This document shows positions 1 through 8,138 of a DNA stretch of 32,000 nucleotides, one piece after another. Source of the DNA: Tannockella kyphosi. GTDB lineage: Bacteria > Bacillota_I > Bacilli_A > Erysipelotrichales > Coprobacillaceae. Both the position numbers and the translations under genes were made by a program. The stretch is taken from the NCBI RefSeq assembly GCF_021054785.1, contig NZ_CP088239.1, positions 2,070,001-2,102,000 of the forward strand, read 5' to 3'. Position 1 is the stretch's first letter. Each line of letters starts with the position of its first letter. Under the pieces are notes generated by a model that saw only the letters and a list, made by a program, of their open reading frames with translations, made no database searches and had not been told where the DNA came from.

Positions 1-1
1 A

Positions 2-1075
2 CCTCTAATAACAAAAGAGACATTACAAGCATTAATAGACACTCATGAAAAACAAGGAAACAAAGGAACAATCATGACATGTGATTGTGATTTAGAAACA
101 AGATTTGGTCGTATTATTAAGGAAGATAACCAAGTAAAAGAGATTGTAGAATTTAAAGACTTACAAGAAGGTCAATATGGTATCAGTGAGATGAATGTTG
201 GAGAATATTGCTTTGATAATAAATGTTTATTTGAAGCATTAGAATTAGTAGATAACAAGAATGCTCAAAGTGAATACTATTTACCAGATGTCTTTAAAAT
301 TATGGCAAAACAAGCAATTCAAGTAGGGAGTCATAAAATTGATGACTTACATGAAGTTGGAGGAATTAATGATCGTGTGGAGTTAGCTCTTGCTTCAAAA
401 GCATTACAAAAACGTATCAATAGAAAACATATGTTAAATGGTGTTGGGATCATTGATCCAGAGAACACATATATTACTAGTGATGTTCAAATTGGTAAAG
501 AAACAGTTATTGAACCTGGAACAATATTAAAAGGTACTACCGTTATTGGAGAATATTGTCATATTGGTCCTAATTGTGAATTTACAAATGTTATTGTAAA
601 AGATCATGTAGAGATTAAGTTTAGTGTTTTATCAGATAGTGTGATTGAAAGTGGAACTGATATTGGACCATATGCAAGATTACGAACAAATTGTCATATT
701 ATGGAAGATGTTCATATAGGAAATTTTGTAGAAATGAAAAACGCTAACTTTGGTAAAGGAAGTAAGTCAGCACACTTAAGTTATATTGGAGATAGTGATG
801 TAGGAACGAATGTTAATATTGGTTGTGGATCAATCACTGTTAATTATGATGGCAAGAATAAGTCTAAGACAACAATAGGTAATGATGTCTTTATAGGATG
901 TAATTCAAACTTAGTAGCACCAGTAACAATTGGTGATAATGGGTTTGTGGCAGCAGGATCAACAATTACAAATGATGTTCGTGAGGATGCATTTGCTATT
1001 GCTAGAGCAAGACAAGTAAACAAGGAAGATTACGTTAGTGTATTAGTAGAAAAAAGAAATAATAAGGAAAAATAA
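2..1075 (+). CDS. glmU: Bifunctional UDP-N-acetylglucosamine pyrophosphorylase / glucosamine-1-phosphate N-acetyltransferase GlmU, 5'-truncated by the window edge
   Basis: The frame is open from nt 2 (PLITKETLQALIDTHEKQGNKGTIM...) to the stop at 1073-1075. The C-terminal half is hexapeptide-repeat left-handed beta-helix sequence (NVNIGCGSITVNYDGKNKSKTTIGNDVFIGCNSNLVAPVTIG). It is followed directly by prs, as in the Bacillus gcaD-prs arrangement. Confidence 0.85.
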   Translation, partial: PLITKETLQALIDTHEKQGNKGTIMTCDCDLETRFGRIIKEDNQVKEIVEFKDLQEGQYGISEMNVGEYCFDNKCLFEALELVDNKNAQSEYYLPDVFKIMAKQAIQVGSHKIDDLHEVGGINDRVELALASKALQKRINRKHMLNGVGIIDPENTYITSDVQIGKETVIEPGTILKGTTVIGEYCHIGPNCEFTNVIVKDHVEIKFSVLSDSVIESGTDIGPYARLRTNCHIMEDVHIGNFVEMKNANFGKGSKSAHLSYIGDSDVGTNVNIGCGSITVNYDGKNKSKTTIGNDVFIGCNSNLVAPVTIGDNGFVAAGSTITNDVREDAFAIARARQVNKEDYVSVLVEKRNNKEK

Positions 1076-1087
1076 CAGGAGCCAGAG

Positions 1088-2056
1088 ATGAAAAACAAAA
1101 TTACAATTTTCGCATTATCAGCAAGTCAGGAATTAGCAGCAGACATCGCATCTAACTTAGGATGTGAAGTGGGTAAATCTAAAGTTCACCATTTTGCAGA
1201 TGGAGAAATCTTAGTAGAAATCGAAGAATCAGTACGTGGGAAAGATGTATTCATTGTACAATCAACTTCAAATCCAGTAACAAATAACCTAATGGAAGTC
1301 TTAGTATTAGCAGATGCTTTAAAAAGAGCGTCAGCAAAAGAAATTACAGCAATTATTCCTTATTTTGGATATGCTCGTCAAGATCGTAAAGCAAAACCAA
1401 GACAACCAATTACTTCTAAATTAATTGCAAACATTTTAACTGCAGCAGGAATTAATCGTGTTGTAACAGTTGATTTACATGCAGCACAAATTCAAGGATT
1501 CTTTGATATCCCTGTAGATGAAATGCAAGCTTTACCATTATTAGCTAATTATTTCAAACAACAACAATTAGAAAATATTTGTGTAGTATCTCCAGATCAT
1601 GGTGGAGCTACAAGAGCTCGTAAATTAGCAGTAGCATTAGATGCACCGGTTGCAATTATCGACAAACGTCGTCCTAAACCAAATGTAGCTGAAATCATGG
1701 GTATTTTAGGAGATGTTGAAGGAAAACATTGTATTGTTATTGATGATATGATTGATACAGGTGGAACAATAGTGGCTGGTGTAGATATGTTACTTAAAAA
1801 AGGTGCTAAATCTGTACGTATAGCTTGTACTCATGCAGTATTCTCTGGAGCTGCTGTAGAACGTTTAGAAAATTGTAGAGCAGAAGAAATTATTGTAACG
1901 GACACTATTAAATTAGAAGAAGAAAAAATATTCCCTAAATTAAAAATAGTTTCAGTAGCAGGATTATTAGCAAAAACAATTGATAATATTGAAAATTACT
2001 TACCAGTAAGTGATGTATTTGAAATGTTTAATTTTGATAATCATCAAGAATTTTAA
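1088..2056 (+). CDS. prs: Ribose-phosphate pyrophosphokinase (PRPP synthetase)
   Basis: 322 aa. GYARQDRK loop and PRPP-binding motif VIDDMIDTGGT. AGGAG-type RBS upstream of the ATG. Confidence 0.95.
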   Translation: MKNKITIFALSASQELAADIASNLGCEVGKSKVHHFADGEILVEIEESVRGKDVFIVQSTSNPVTNNLMEVLVLADALKRASAKEITAIIPYFGYARQDRKAKPRQPITSKLIANILTAAGINRVVTVDLHAAQIQGFFDIPVDEMQALPLLANYFKQQQLENICVVSPDHGGATRARKLAVALDAPVAIIDKRRPKPNVAEIMGILGDVEGKHCIVIDDMIDTGGTIVAGVDMLLKKGAKSVRIACTHAVFSGAAVERLENCRAEEIIVTDTIKLEEEKIFPKLKIVSVAGLLAKTIDNIENYLPVSDVFEMFNFDNHQEF

Positions 2057-2066
2057 TTAAAATAGA

Positions 2067-2092
2067 GGGTCTATGGAGATAGATCCTTTTTT
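2067..2092 (+). terminator. Rho-independent terminator after prs
   Basis: GGGTCTAT-ggag-ATAGATCC stem (8 bp, one G:U) followed by TTTTTT. Confidence 0.7.
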
Positions 2093-2140
2093 GCGCAAAA
2101 AACAACATATAACAAAAAATTGCATTTTATGAAAAGCATC

Positions 2141-2168
2141 TTGTAAATTTTAAAAAAAGTGCTAATAT
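2141..2168 (+). promoter_or_regulatory. Sigma-A-like promoter with extended -10 (TTGTAA - 16 nt - TGcTAATAT), now separated from its probable target gene by the IS
   Basis: The hexamers and TG motif were read directly. The element ends 7 nt before the IS left end. After in-silico IS removal it lies ~25 nt upstream of the AAAGGAGG RBS of the 4115 gene. Confidence 0.45.
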
Positions 2169-2175
2169 ATAGAAA
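2168..2175. repeat. Left copy of the 8-bp target-site duplication TATAGAAA
   Basis: An identical octamer directly abuts both IS termini (2168-2175 and 4092-4099). Confidence 0.75.
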
Positions 2176-2309
2176 GGTAGTGTAAAGAATCTATGAAAAA
2201 CACTATATAGAGTTGAGTTTAATGAATCATTTTTCTTTGAATGATGGAGAATCATGCAAAGAGTGTTAAATTTATGATTTTTCAAAATAGTCAACTTGGT
2301 TTAGTGATG

Positions 2310-2329
2310 AAAAAAGCCCTGAAAAGGGC
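2310..2329 (-). terminator. Hairpin/terminator downstream of the transposase gene (inside the IS)
   Basis: On the minus strand: GCCCT-tttc-AGGGC followed by a T-run, ~38 nt after the transposase stop. Confidence 0.5.
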
Positions 2330-2366
2330 GCAATGAGGGTATCGTTTTTTGATGAAGTAGTTCTAA

Positions 2367-3941
2367 CTATGCTTGATGATATTGTGTACTTAACTCGATG
2401 AGCTTTATCCACTTATCTTGCATAAGCTTTGCATCTTGAAATAAATCATCTTGTACAGGTGTTTTATATCCAAGAGAAGAATGTGGACGTAAAAAGTTAT
2501 GAAAGGCTACAAAGAGTGTCATGTATGAATTAGCACATTCTAATTTATCATAACCATTGGTACCATGATAGTTTTGTTTATAGGTTCTATTTAAGCGTTC
2601 TTCTATCTGTTTATAAGGACGATATTTCTTAGAAGTTTCATCTTTGTTTTTTACACCAATGACTTGTTGTAAATCAAAAGAGATACCATGAATTCCAAAG
2701 AATAACTGTGCTGCATTGTAGATGGGATTTCCATCTGCAATAAGTAATAAATCTTTTGGTATTTCCTTGTAATGAGCTAGACAGTCATAGATAGATTGAC
2801 AAGCACACTTCGTATCACGAACAGGATAAATAGTATTTGAAGTAATGATTTTCTTTATAGGATCAGACCAAAAGAAAACATAGTGGTTTTTACCACGTAC
2901 CTTAATGTAGGTTTCATCACCAGAAAGAATAGATCCTAGTTGATAAGGATACTTATCAACCATAGGTTTGATAATTGCGGACACACTTGTTGCATAGTTC
3001 ATGATAGTTTGATGAGATATTGAAATACCATGTACTTGTTTAAAGATAAGAGCAGTCTTTCTAGAAGAAAGACCAAAGTTTACATGATACGTTAAAACAA
3101 GCCCTAAAACATTAGAATCATAGTGTATACGGGATAAATCAACAGGAGCATCTATCGTTTTTACTGTTTGTTTTAAGTTTTCTAGATTGAACTTAAATTC
3201 ACGATAGTGATAACGGTAACGATATTCACCAGAAGATGTCTTAAGGTGTTCACCCATTCCCTTGGAGTGAAGTTCATTATTGTTTAAATAGTAAGAACAC
3301 TTTCTATTAACACAACAATAAACAATATAATTGTTTCGATCATGTTGCTTATCTAATTTACATTTACAATGAGGACAGTAAATACCTGTTTGTTCAGGCA
3401 AACTAACCTTGGTAGAAAAAGTATTCTTACAACACTTACAAAGGAGTTGTCCTTGTTTGTTGTTGTTATAAATATAAGATGTAGGAGCACCACAAAAAGG
3501 ACATACTCCTTGGAAAGTAAAACCTTCAGGATTTCTTCTTTTTACAGGTGTAATAGCTTGTTCTTTTAAGATATCTCCAAAGGATAATTGTTGTACTATT
3601 TCTCTTTGGAATAGTGGTGGTGAATCAATAGTGAAGTCGGCATAAGGAATCGTAGTATCTTTTGTCTTCTTTAAGCGAGATACTTCCTTTTTTAAAGATT
3701 GGATGATGTGATCATCAAAGTAAGAAGTTAACCATTGAATATGAGAAGAAGCTTCTTGTAAGTGATAGATAAAATCATCGGTATTTAATAAGTCACTCAA
3801 AGATGAAGGAATATGCTTTAGAAGAAGCAAAGATTCAATATATTGAGAGAATTTGAAATTAGATTTAGAAAAGCTATTTAAATTATTTAGAATAGATGTT
3901 ATACTGTCCATGGTGAGATTTCCTTTCTGCTTTTGGTGCAA
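2367..3941 (-). CDS. DDE transposase, IS6/IS240-like catalytic core with a long N-terminal multi-CxxC (zinc-ribbon-like) extension
   Basis: 524 aa. The C-terminal half carries SGDETYIKVRGKNHYVFFW (first D), LLIADGNPIYNAA (second D) and IEERLNRTYK (E), resembling the DDE_Tnp_IS240 pattern. The N-terminal half has CPFCGAP...CKCCKN and CPHCKCK...CCVNRKC cysteine pairs. Confidence 0.85.
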   Translation of the reverse strand: MHQKQKGNLTMDSITSILNNLNSFSKSNFKFSQYIESLLLLKHIPSSLSDLLNTDDFIYHLQEASSHIQWLTSYFDDHIIQSLKKEVSRLKKTKDTTIPYADFTIDSPPLFQREIVQQLSFGDILKEQAITPVKRRNPEGFTFQGVCPFCGAPTSYIYNNNKQGQLLCKCCKNTFSTKVSLPEQTGIYCPHCKCKLDKQHDRNNYIVYCCVNRKCSYYLNNNELHSKGMGEHLKTSSGEYRYRYHYREFKFNLENLKQTVKTIDAPVDLSRIHYDSNVLGLVLTYHVNFGLSSRKTALIFKQVHGISISHQTIMNYATSVSAIIKPMVDKYPYQLGSILSGDETYIKVRGKNHYVFFWSDPIKKIITSNTIYPVRDTKCACQSIYDCLAHYKEIPKDLLLIADGNPIYNAAQLFFGIHGISFDLQQVIGVKNKDETSKKYRPYKQIEERLNRTYKQNYHGTNGYDKLECANSYMTLFVAFHNFLRPHSSLGYKTPVQDDLFQDAKLMQDKWIKLIELSTQYHQA

Positions 3942-4091
3942 CTTAAGTATAACATGGAAATCTCATCATTTTTAGTATAAAGATAAAAATGATGAGTCAG
4001 TGTAGGTGTATACAGTGACTTTTTTTACTGTTTATATAGAACAAACAGGGTAGATGCGTTTGTATCAGTTTTACTGATTTTTGACACTACC

Positions 4092-4099
4092 TATAGAAA
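4092..4099. repeat. Right copy of the 8-bp target-site duplication TATAGAAA
   Basis: Identical to 2168-2175 and directly abuts the right IS terminus. Confidence 0.75.
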
Positions 4100-4114
4100 A
4101 AAAGGAGGTATTCT

Positions 4115-6055
4115 ATGAAAGAAAAAATAAAAAAAATAATAAAAACACATGCTGGTTTTATAATCATATATGCAGTAATAATTAATTCAATTATAGAAAT
4201 GCTAGGAAGATTAAGTATTTCTAGTTTCTTTCAACATTTAGTGAATGATACACTCTTTTTCTTTTATAATGTAGTTATTATCGCATTAACATTTAGCTTG
4301 AGTTATTTCTTTAAAAGAAAGAAGTTCGTAGTAGTCGTAATTAGTGTATTTTGGGTAGCATTAGGGATAGCAAATTATGTAGTTTTATCTTATCGTATTA
4401 CACCTTTTGCAGCAATTGACTTATTTATTTTACAACTAGATCTAGACTTCTTATCCAAATACATGAGTATTCCATTAGCTGTAGGTCTATGTGTTGCTAT
4501 CATATTAGGTATCTATGCTATATTAAAAGCCTATTTAAGCACAACACAAACAGAAGTGAAATATAAAAAATCTCTATTTAGAATCATTAGTATCACATTA
4601 GGAGTATTCTTATTCTATCAAGGATGTTTAGCAACAGGTGTTTTTGAGACAAGAATCACAAACATGCAAGACTCCTATGATCATTTTGGTTTTGTCTCTT
4701 GTTTTGCACGTAGTGCAATAGAAAGAGGGATTGAAGATCCAGAAGAATATAGTCAAGAACAAGTATTATCTTTGCTTCAAGAAATAGAAACAGATTCTAG
4801 TGTGGAAACAACACCCAATATAGTAGTAGTACAATTAGAATCTTTCTTTGATGTTAGTTTACTAAAAGATGTTACTTTTAGTGAAAATCCAATTCCTAAT
4901 TTTACAGAGCTAATGGAACAATACCCTAGTGGTATGTTAGATGTAGCAGTAGTAGGGGCTGGTACTGCAAATACAGAATTTGAAGTGTTAACAGGAATGA
5001 ATGTAAACTATTTTGGAACAGGAGAATATCCTTATGAAACTATTCTAAGAGAACAAACTTGTTTAAGTATTCCTTATAGTTTAAAAGATATAGGATATAA
5101 TACTTTTGCAATTCATAACAATACTGCTACTTTCTATGGAAGACAATATGTTTATTCTAATTTAGGATTTGATACTTTTATTTCTAGTGAATTTATGGAA
5201 ACAATAACCATGACACCAAATGAATGGATTAAAGATGAAAACTTAACAGTAGAAATAATGAAGTGTTTAGAATCTACAGAAGAACAAGACTTTGTATTTA
5301 CTGTTAGTGTACAAGGACATGGGTCTTTCCCTGAAGAAGAAACAGAAAGTGAATATGTAACGATTACTTCTAGTCCCTATGATGAAGGATTAGAAAATCA
5401 AGTAGAATATTACGCTAATCAATTATATGAAATGGATATCTTTGTATCAGAACTAACAGAAGAAATTAATAATTTAGATGAACCTACTATCTTAGTGTTT
5501 TATGGAGATCATATTCCATCTTTAGATATTACAGCAGAAGACTTAACAACAGGAAATAACTATCAAACACAATATGTTGTTTACTCCAATTATGAATTAT
5601 CAATGGAAGATCAAGAATTAGAAACATATCAATTATTAGCAACTGTATTAGATACTGCAGGTATATCAAATAGTCCAATATTACAATTACATCAAAGTGA
5701 ATATACAGATGATTATGAACAAAATTTAGAGTTATTACAATATGACTTATTGTATGGTGAAAACTATTCTACTAGTGGAGAACTACCAGAACCAACTGAT
5801 TTACAATTAGGAATTGGTGGACTAGAATTTACCATTACCCCATCAACAGACCAATTAGTAAAAATAGAAGGAGATAATATTACTTCCTACAGTCATGTCT
5901 TTGTAAATGATAAAGAAGTAGATGTATATTATTATATTGATCATGTTATTTATATAGAAAGCGAAGATATTGAATTAGGAGATGAAGTTGTTATTAAACA
6001 AATAGCAAGTGATAATACGATCCTAGTAACATCAAATGCCCAAGAATATCAATAA
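4115..6055 (+). CDS. LtaS-family (sulfatase/alkaline-phosphatase superfamily) polytopic membrane protein, lipoteichoic-acid synthase / phosphoglycerol-transferase-like
   Basis: 646 aa. About 5 N-terminal TM helices, then an extracellular domain with IVVVQLESFFD and GTANTEFEVLTG motifs typical of LtaS-type enzymes. An extra ~90-aa C-terminal module follows. Strong AAAGGAGG RBS. Confidence 0.8.
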   Translation: MKEKIKKIIKTHAGFIIIYAVIINSIIEMLGRLSISSFFQHLVNDTLFFFYNVVIIALTFSLSYFFKRKKFVVVVISVFWVALGIANYVVLSYRITPFAAIDLFILQLDLDFLSKYMSIPLAVGLCVAIILGIYAILKAYLSTTQTEVKYKKSLFRIISITLGVFLFYQGCLATGVFETRITNMQDSYDHFGFVSCFARSAIERGIEDPEEYSQEQVLSLLQEIETDSSVETTPNIVVVQLESFFDVSLLKDVTFSENPIPNFTELMEQYPSGMLDVAVVGAGTANTEFEVLTGMNVNYFGTGEYPYETILREQTCLSIPYSLKDIGYNTFAIHNNTATFYGRQYVYSNLGFDTFISSEFMETITMTPNEWIKDENLTVEIMKCLESTEEQDFVFTVSVQGHGSFPEEETESEYVTITSSPYDEGLENQVEYYANQLYEMDIFVSELTEEINNLDEPTILVFYGDHIPSLDITAEDLTTGNNYQTQYVVYSNYELSMEDQELETYQLLATVLDTAGISNSPILQLHQSEYTDDYEQNLELLQYDLLYGENYSTSGELPEPTDLQLGIGGLEFTITPSTDQLVKIEGDNITSYSHVFVNDKEVDVYYYIDHVIYIESEDIELGDEVVIKQIASDNTILVTSNAQEYQ

Positions 6056-6080
6056 AAGGACCTAGAAATAGGCCCTTTTT
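6055..6080 (+). terminator. Probable terminator after the LtaS-family gene
   Basis: AAAGGACC-tagaaata-GGCCCTTT imperfect stem (one A/C mismatch) running into a T-tract. Confidence 0.45.
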
Positions 6081-6271
6081 AGTATAAATATGGGAAAATT
6101 TAACAACTAAAATAGATATTGTCTACATAAAATAAAAAAAGAATACTTTTACTAAATTTGTTAAAATGACAAATTAATACATGAAAAATATCTATTTTTA
6201 GAGATATTTGATAAAAAAACAAGCAAAAAAGCAAATAAAAGTAGGTATATAAAAAATATAAATTTAGATAT

Positions 6272-6300
6272 TTGACAAAAATATGTTATTTTGCTATTAT
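6272..6300 (+). promoter_or_regulatory. Sigma-A-like promoter TTGACA - 17 nt - TATTAT for tatD
   Basis: Consensus -35, 17-nt spacer and a near-consensus -10, 18 nt upstream of the tatD ATG region. Confidence 0.55.
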
Positions 6301-6317
6301 GTCCCCGAGGTGAAACT

Positions 6318-7076
6318 ATGTACTTTGATACCCACGTTCATTTAAATAGTGAACAATTATATGAGAATCATCAAGCGTTTATAGAAAATGCACATAACAA
6401 CCAAGTAGAATACATGGTTGTTGTTGGCTATGACTTAGCGTCATCAAAATTAGCAGTTGAATTAGCGAACCAAAATCCAAATATTTATTGCGCGATTGGA
6501 TTTGGGCCTAACGATTGTCTAAACACAACACAACAAGATATAAACGAACTTGAACAGTACATGAGTGACCCCAACGTTGTAGCAGTGGGTGAAATCGGAC
6601 TCGATTATTATTGGGACGAAGTCGGAAAAGAAAAGCAGCAAGAAATTTTCCAACTTCAAATAGACCTTGCAAAAAAGTATGATAAACCAATAGTAATACA
6701 TTGTAGAGACGCTTTTGAAGATACTTATCAAATGTTAGAACGTAATGGGCATCGTGGAATTTTACATTGTTATAGTGGTTCGGTAGAAATGGCAAAAAGA
6801 TTCATATCGCTTGGATATATGATTTCTTTAGCTGGACCTGTGACCTTTAAAAATGCAAAAGTTCCAAAAGATGTGGCAGAACAAATAGATTTAAACAGTT
6901 TATTAATAGAAACTGACTGTCCTTATTTAACTCCTCATCCATTTAGAGGAAAATTGAATGAGCCTGCAAATGTTGTGTATATTGCCCAGGAAATAGCAAA
7001 GCTAAAGAACATGGAGATAGAAAACGTTGCAAGAATGACAACGTTTAATGCTAAAAAGATTTTTGGCATTAAATAG
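6318..7076 (+). CDS. tatD: TatD-family metal-dependent hydrolase/DNase (YabD-like)
   Basis: MYFDTHVHL start motif preceded by a GAGGTG RBS. I prefer the ATG at 6318 over the TTG-extended ORF at 6291. GEIGLDYYW and HCRDA motifs. Confidence 0.9.
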   Translation: MYFDTHVHLNSEQLYENHQAFIENAHNNQVEYMVVVGYDLASSKLAVELANQNPNIYCAIGFGPNDCLNTTQQDINELEQYMSDPNVVAVGEIGLDYYWDEVGKEKQQEIFQLQIDLAKKYDKPIVIHCRDAFEDTYQMLERNGHRGILHCYSGSVEMAKRFISLGYMISLAGPVTFKNAKVPKDVAEQIDLNSLLIETDCPYLTPHPFRGKLNEPANVVYIAQEIAKLKNMEIENVARMTTFNAKKIFGIK

Positions 7077-7086
7077 GAGGAAAAAA

Positions 7087-8025
7087 ATGAAAAAAATCAA
7101 AGAAGCAATTATTAACGGTGACTCCCGTAGTAAGGGACTAGTTATCGCATTAGTTGCCTATTTAGTAATTGCTAGTACCGTCGTATTAAGTGGTGCTACT
7201 AGTCAAATTACAGATTACATTCAAACCGTTGCAATCCACATCAAAGATGGTGGGGAGGAAACAAAAGATTATTTAGTAAAACAAGATACAGTAGAAAATG
7301 TGTTAGAAGAATTAGATATTGAATTAGCACAACAAGACGAAATAGATCAAGAATTAAGCTATATTGTAAACAAAGATGATCTACTAACTATTACGCGTGT
7401 AACAAATGCACAAGTAGTTGACGAAGTTATTATTGAATCATCAAAAATAACAACGTATGATGGATTACACTTATTTACATCATCAGTAGTACAGCAAGGT
7501 CAAGATGGAGTAGTAGCAACAACTTATGATGTTACTTATGAAAACGGGCAAGAAGTAAATAGAGTTTTAGAGTCAACAGAAGTAGTAACAGAAGTTACAG
7601 ACACAATTACATCAGTAGGTACAGTGCAAGCTGGGGCATACTTTTCTGGTAAATTAACCACTTATGGTGGGGACTGTAGTGGATGTACTGGATATTCAGC
7701 CTGTGGTATTCAATTAAGCGCAACAACTGGAGTGAATGGAAATGGAACAGCACAATTATATTACAATGGTCAATGGTACTATTGTTTAGCTGCCGATTCT
7801 TCAATTCCTTTTGGAACAATCATTGAGATAACAAATCACAATCTATCATTAGAACCAGTAATATATGGTATTGTAGTAGATCGTGGGGGAGCAATCACAG
7901 GGAACAAAATCGATATTTTCAAAGGAAGCCAAACAGGAGGAACAACGTATTTCTCTGGTGGAACTAGTACAAATGCTAGCTTTGAAATAATCTCAGTAGG
8001 TTCAGGAAGAAATTTCTGGAAGTAA
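7087..8025 (+). CDS. Secreted/anchored G5-domain plus 3D (RlpA/MltA-like double-psi beta-barrel) cell-wall protein, YabE-like
   Basis: The ATG at 7087 follows GGAGG. N-terminal TM/signal anchor. A G5-like segment ([26 protein letters not shown]), then a C-terminal 3D-like domain ([11 protein letters not shown]...VVDRGGAI...IDIF). It follows tatD, as yabD-yabE does in Bacillus. Confidence 0.75.
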   Translation: MKKIKEAIINGDSRSKGLVIALVAYLVIASTVVLSGATSQITDYIQTVAIHIKDGGEETKDYLVKQDTVENVLEELDIELAQQDEIDQELSYIVNKDDLLTITRVTNAQVVDEVIIESSKITTYDGLHLFTSSVVQQGQDGVVATTYDVTYENGQEVNRVLESTEVVTEVTDTITSVGTVQAGAYFSGKLTTYGGDCSGCTGYSACGIQLSATTGVNGNGTAQLYYNGQWYYCLAADSSIPFGTIIEITNHNLSLEPVIYGIVVDRGGAITGNKIDIFKGSQTGGTTYFSGGTSTNASFEIISVGSGRNFWK

Positions 8026-8029
8026 GCAA

Positions 8030-8057
8030 AAGAATGGGGAAACCCATTCTTTTTTTC
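8030..8057 (+). terminator. Rho-independent terminator after the tatD/yabE-like pair
   Basis: AAGAATGGG-gaaa-CCCATTCTT stem followed by a T-run. Confidence 0.75.
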
Positions 8058-8081
8058 ATCGATAGAAGTAAGATAATTCAT

Positions 8082-8110
8082 TTGCTTGAAAAGGCATCTT
8101 ATAGTAAAAT
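8082..8110 (+). promoter_or_regulatory. Sigma-A-like promoter TTGCTT - 17 nt - TAAAAT for mnmG-rsmG-noc
   Basis: Hexamers and spacing read directly. Located ~30 nt upstream of the mnmG start. Confidence 0.5.
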
Positions 8111-8138
8111 ATATAGGAGTAAATTCAGGAGGAAAGAT

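Larger units (their letters stand above)
2176..4091 (-). mobile_element. Complete IS6-family-like insertion sequence (1916 bp)
   Basis: Imperfect terminal inverted repeats. The left end reads GGTAGTGTAAAGAATCTATGAAA (2176-). The reverse complement of the right end reads GGTAGTGTCAAAAATCAGTAAAA (-4091). The first 8 nt are identical and about 17/23 match by eye. It carries a single DDE transposase ORF and is flanked by an 8-bp direct repeat, the duplication size typical of IS6/IS26-type elements. Confidence 0.8.

Noticed and set aside
3369-3569. 66-aa plus-strand ORF inside the IS
   Set aside because: It lies entirely antisense to the well-supported transposase ORF, has no RBS and gives a low-complexity translation. 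It is a shadow ORF.
4060-4114. Strong outward promoter from the right IS end driving the LtaS-family gene
   Set aside because: An outward TTGACA is present (4081-4086), but the sequence 17 nt downstream is GGAGGT (the RBS), not a -10. Only weak alternatives exist. It is kept as a question within the IS finding rather than called as a feature.
6291-6317. 5' extensions of track ORFs (6291, 7048, 8034, 24479, 26334, 29393; partly 18443)
   Set aside because: In each case an internal ATG/TTG is preceded by a GGAGG-type RBS and starts at the conserved N-terminal motif or signal peptide. Several extensions begin at TTG without an RBS or overlap upstream terminators.
6508-6795. Minus-strand ORFs 6508-6795 and 6519-6731 within tatD
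   Set aside because: They are antisense to a motif-rich TatD coding frame and have no RBS or recognisable motifs.
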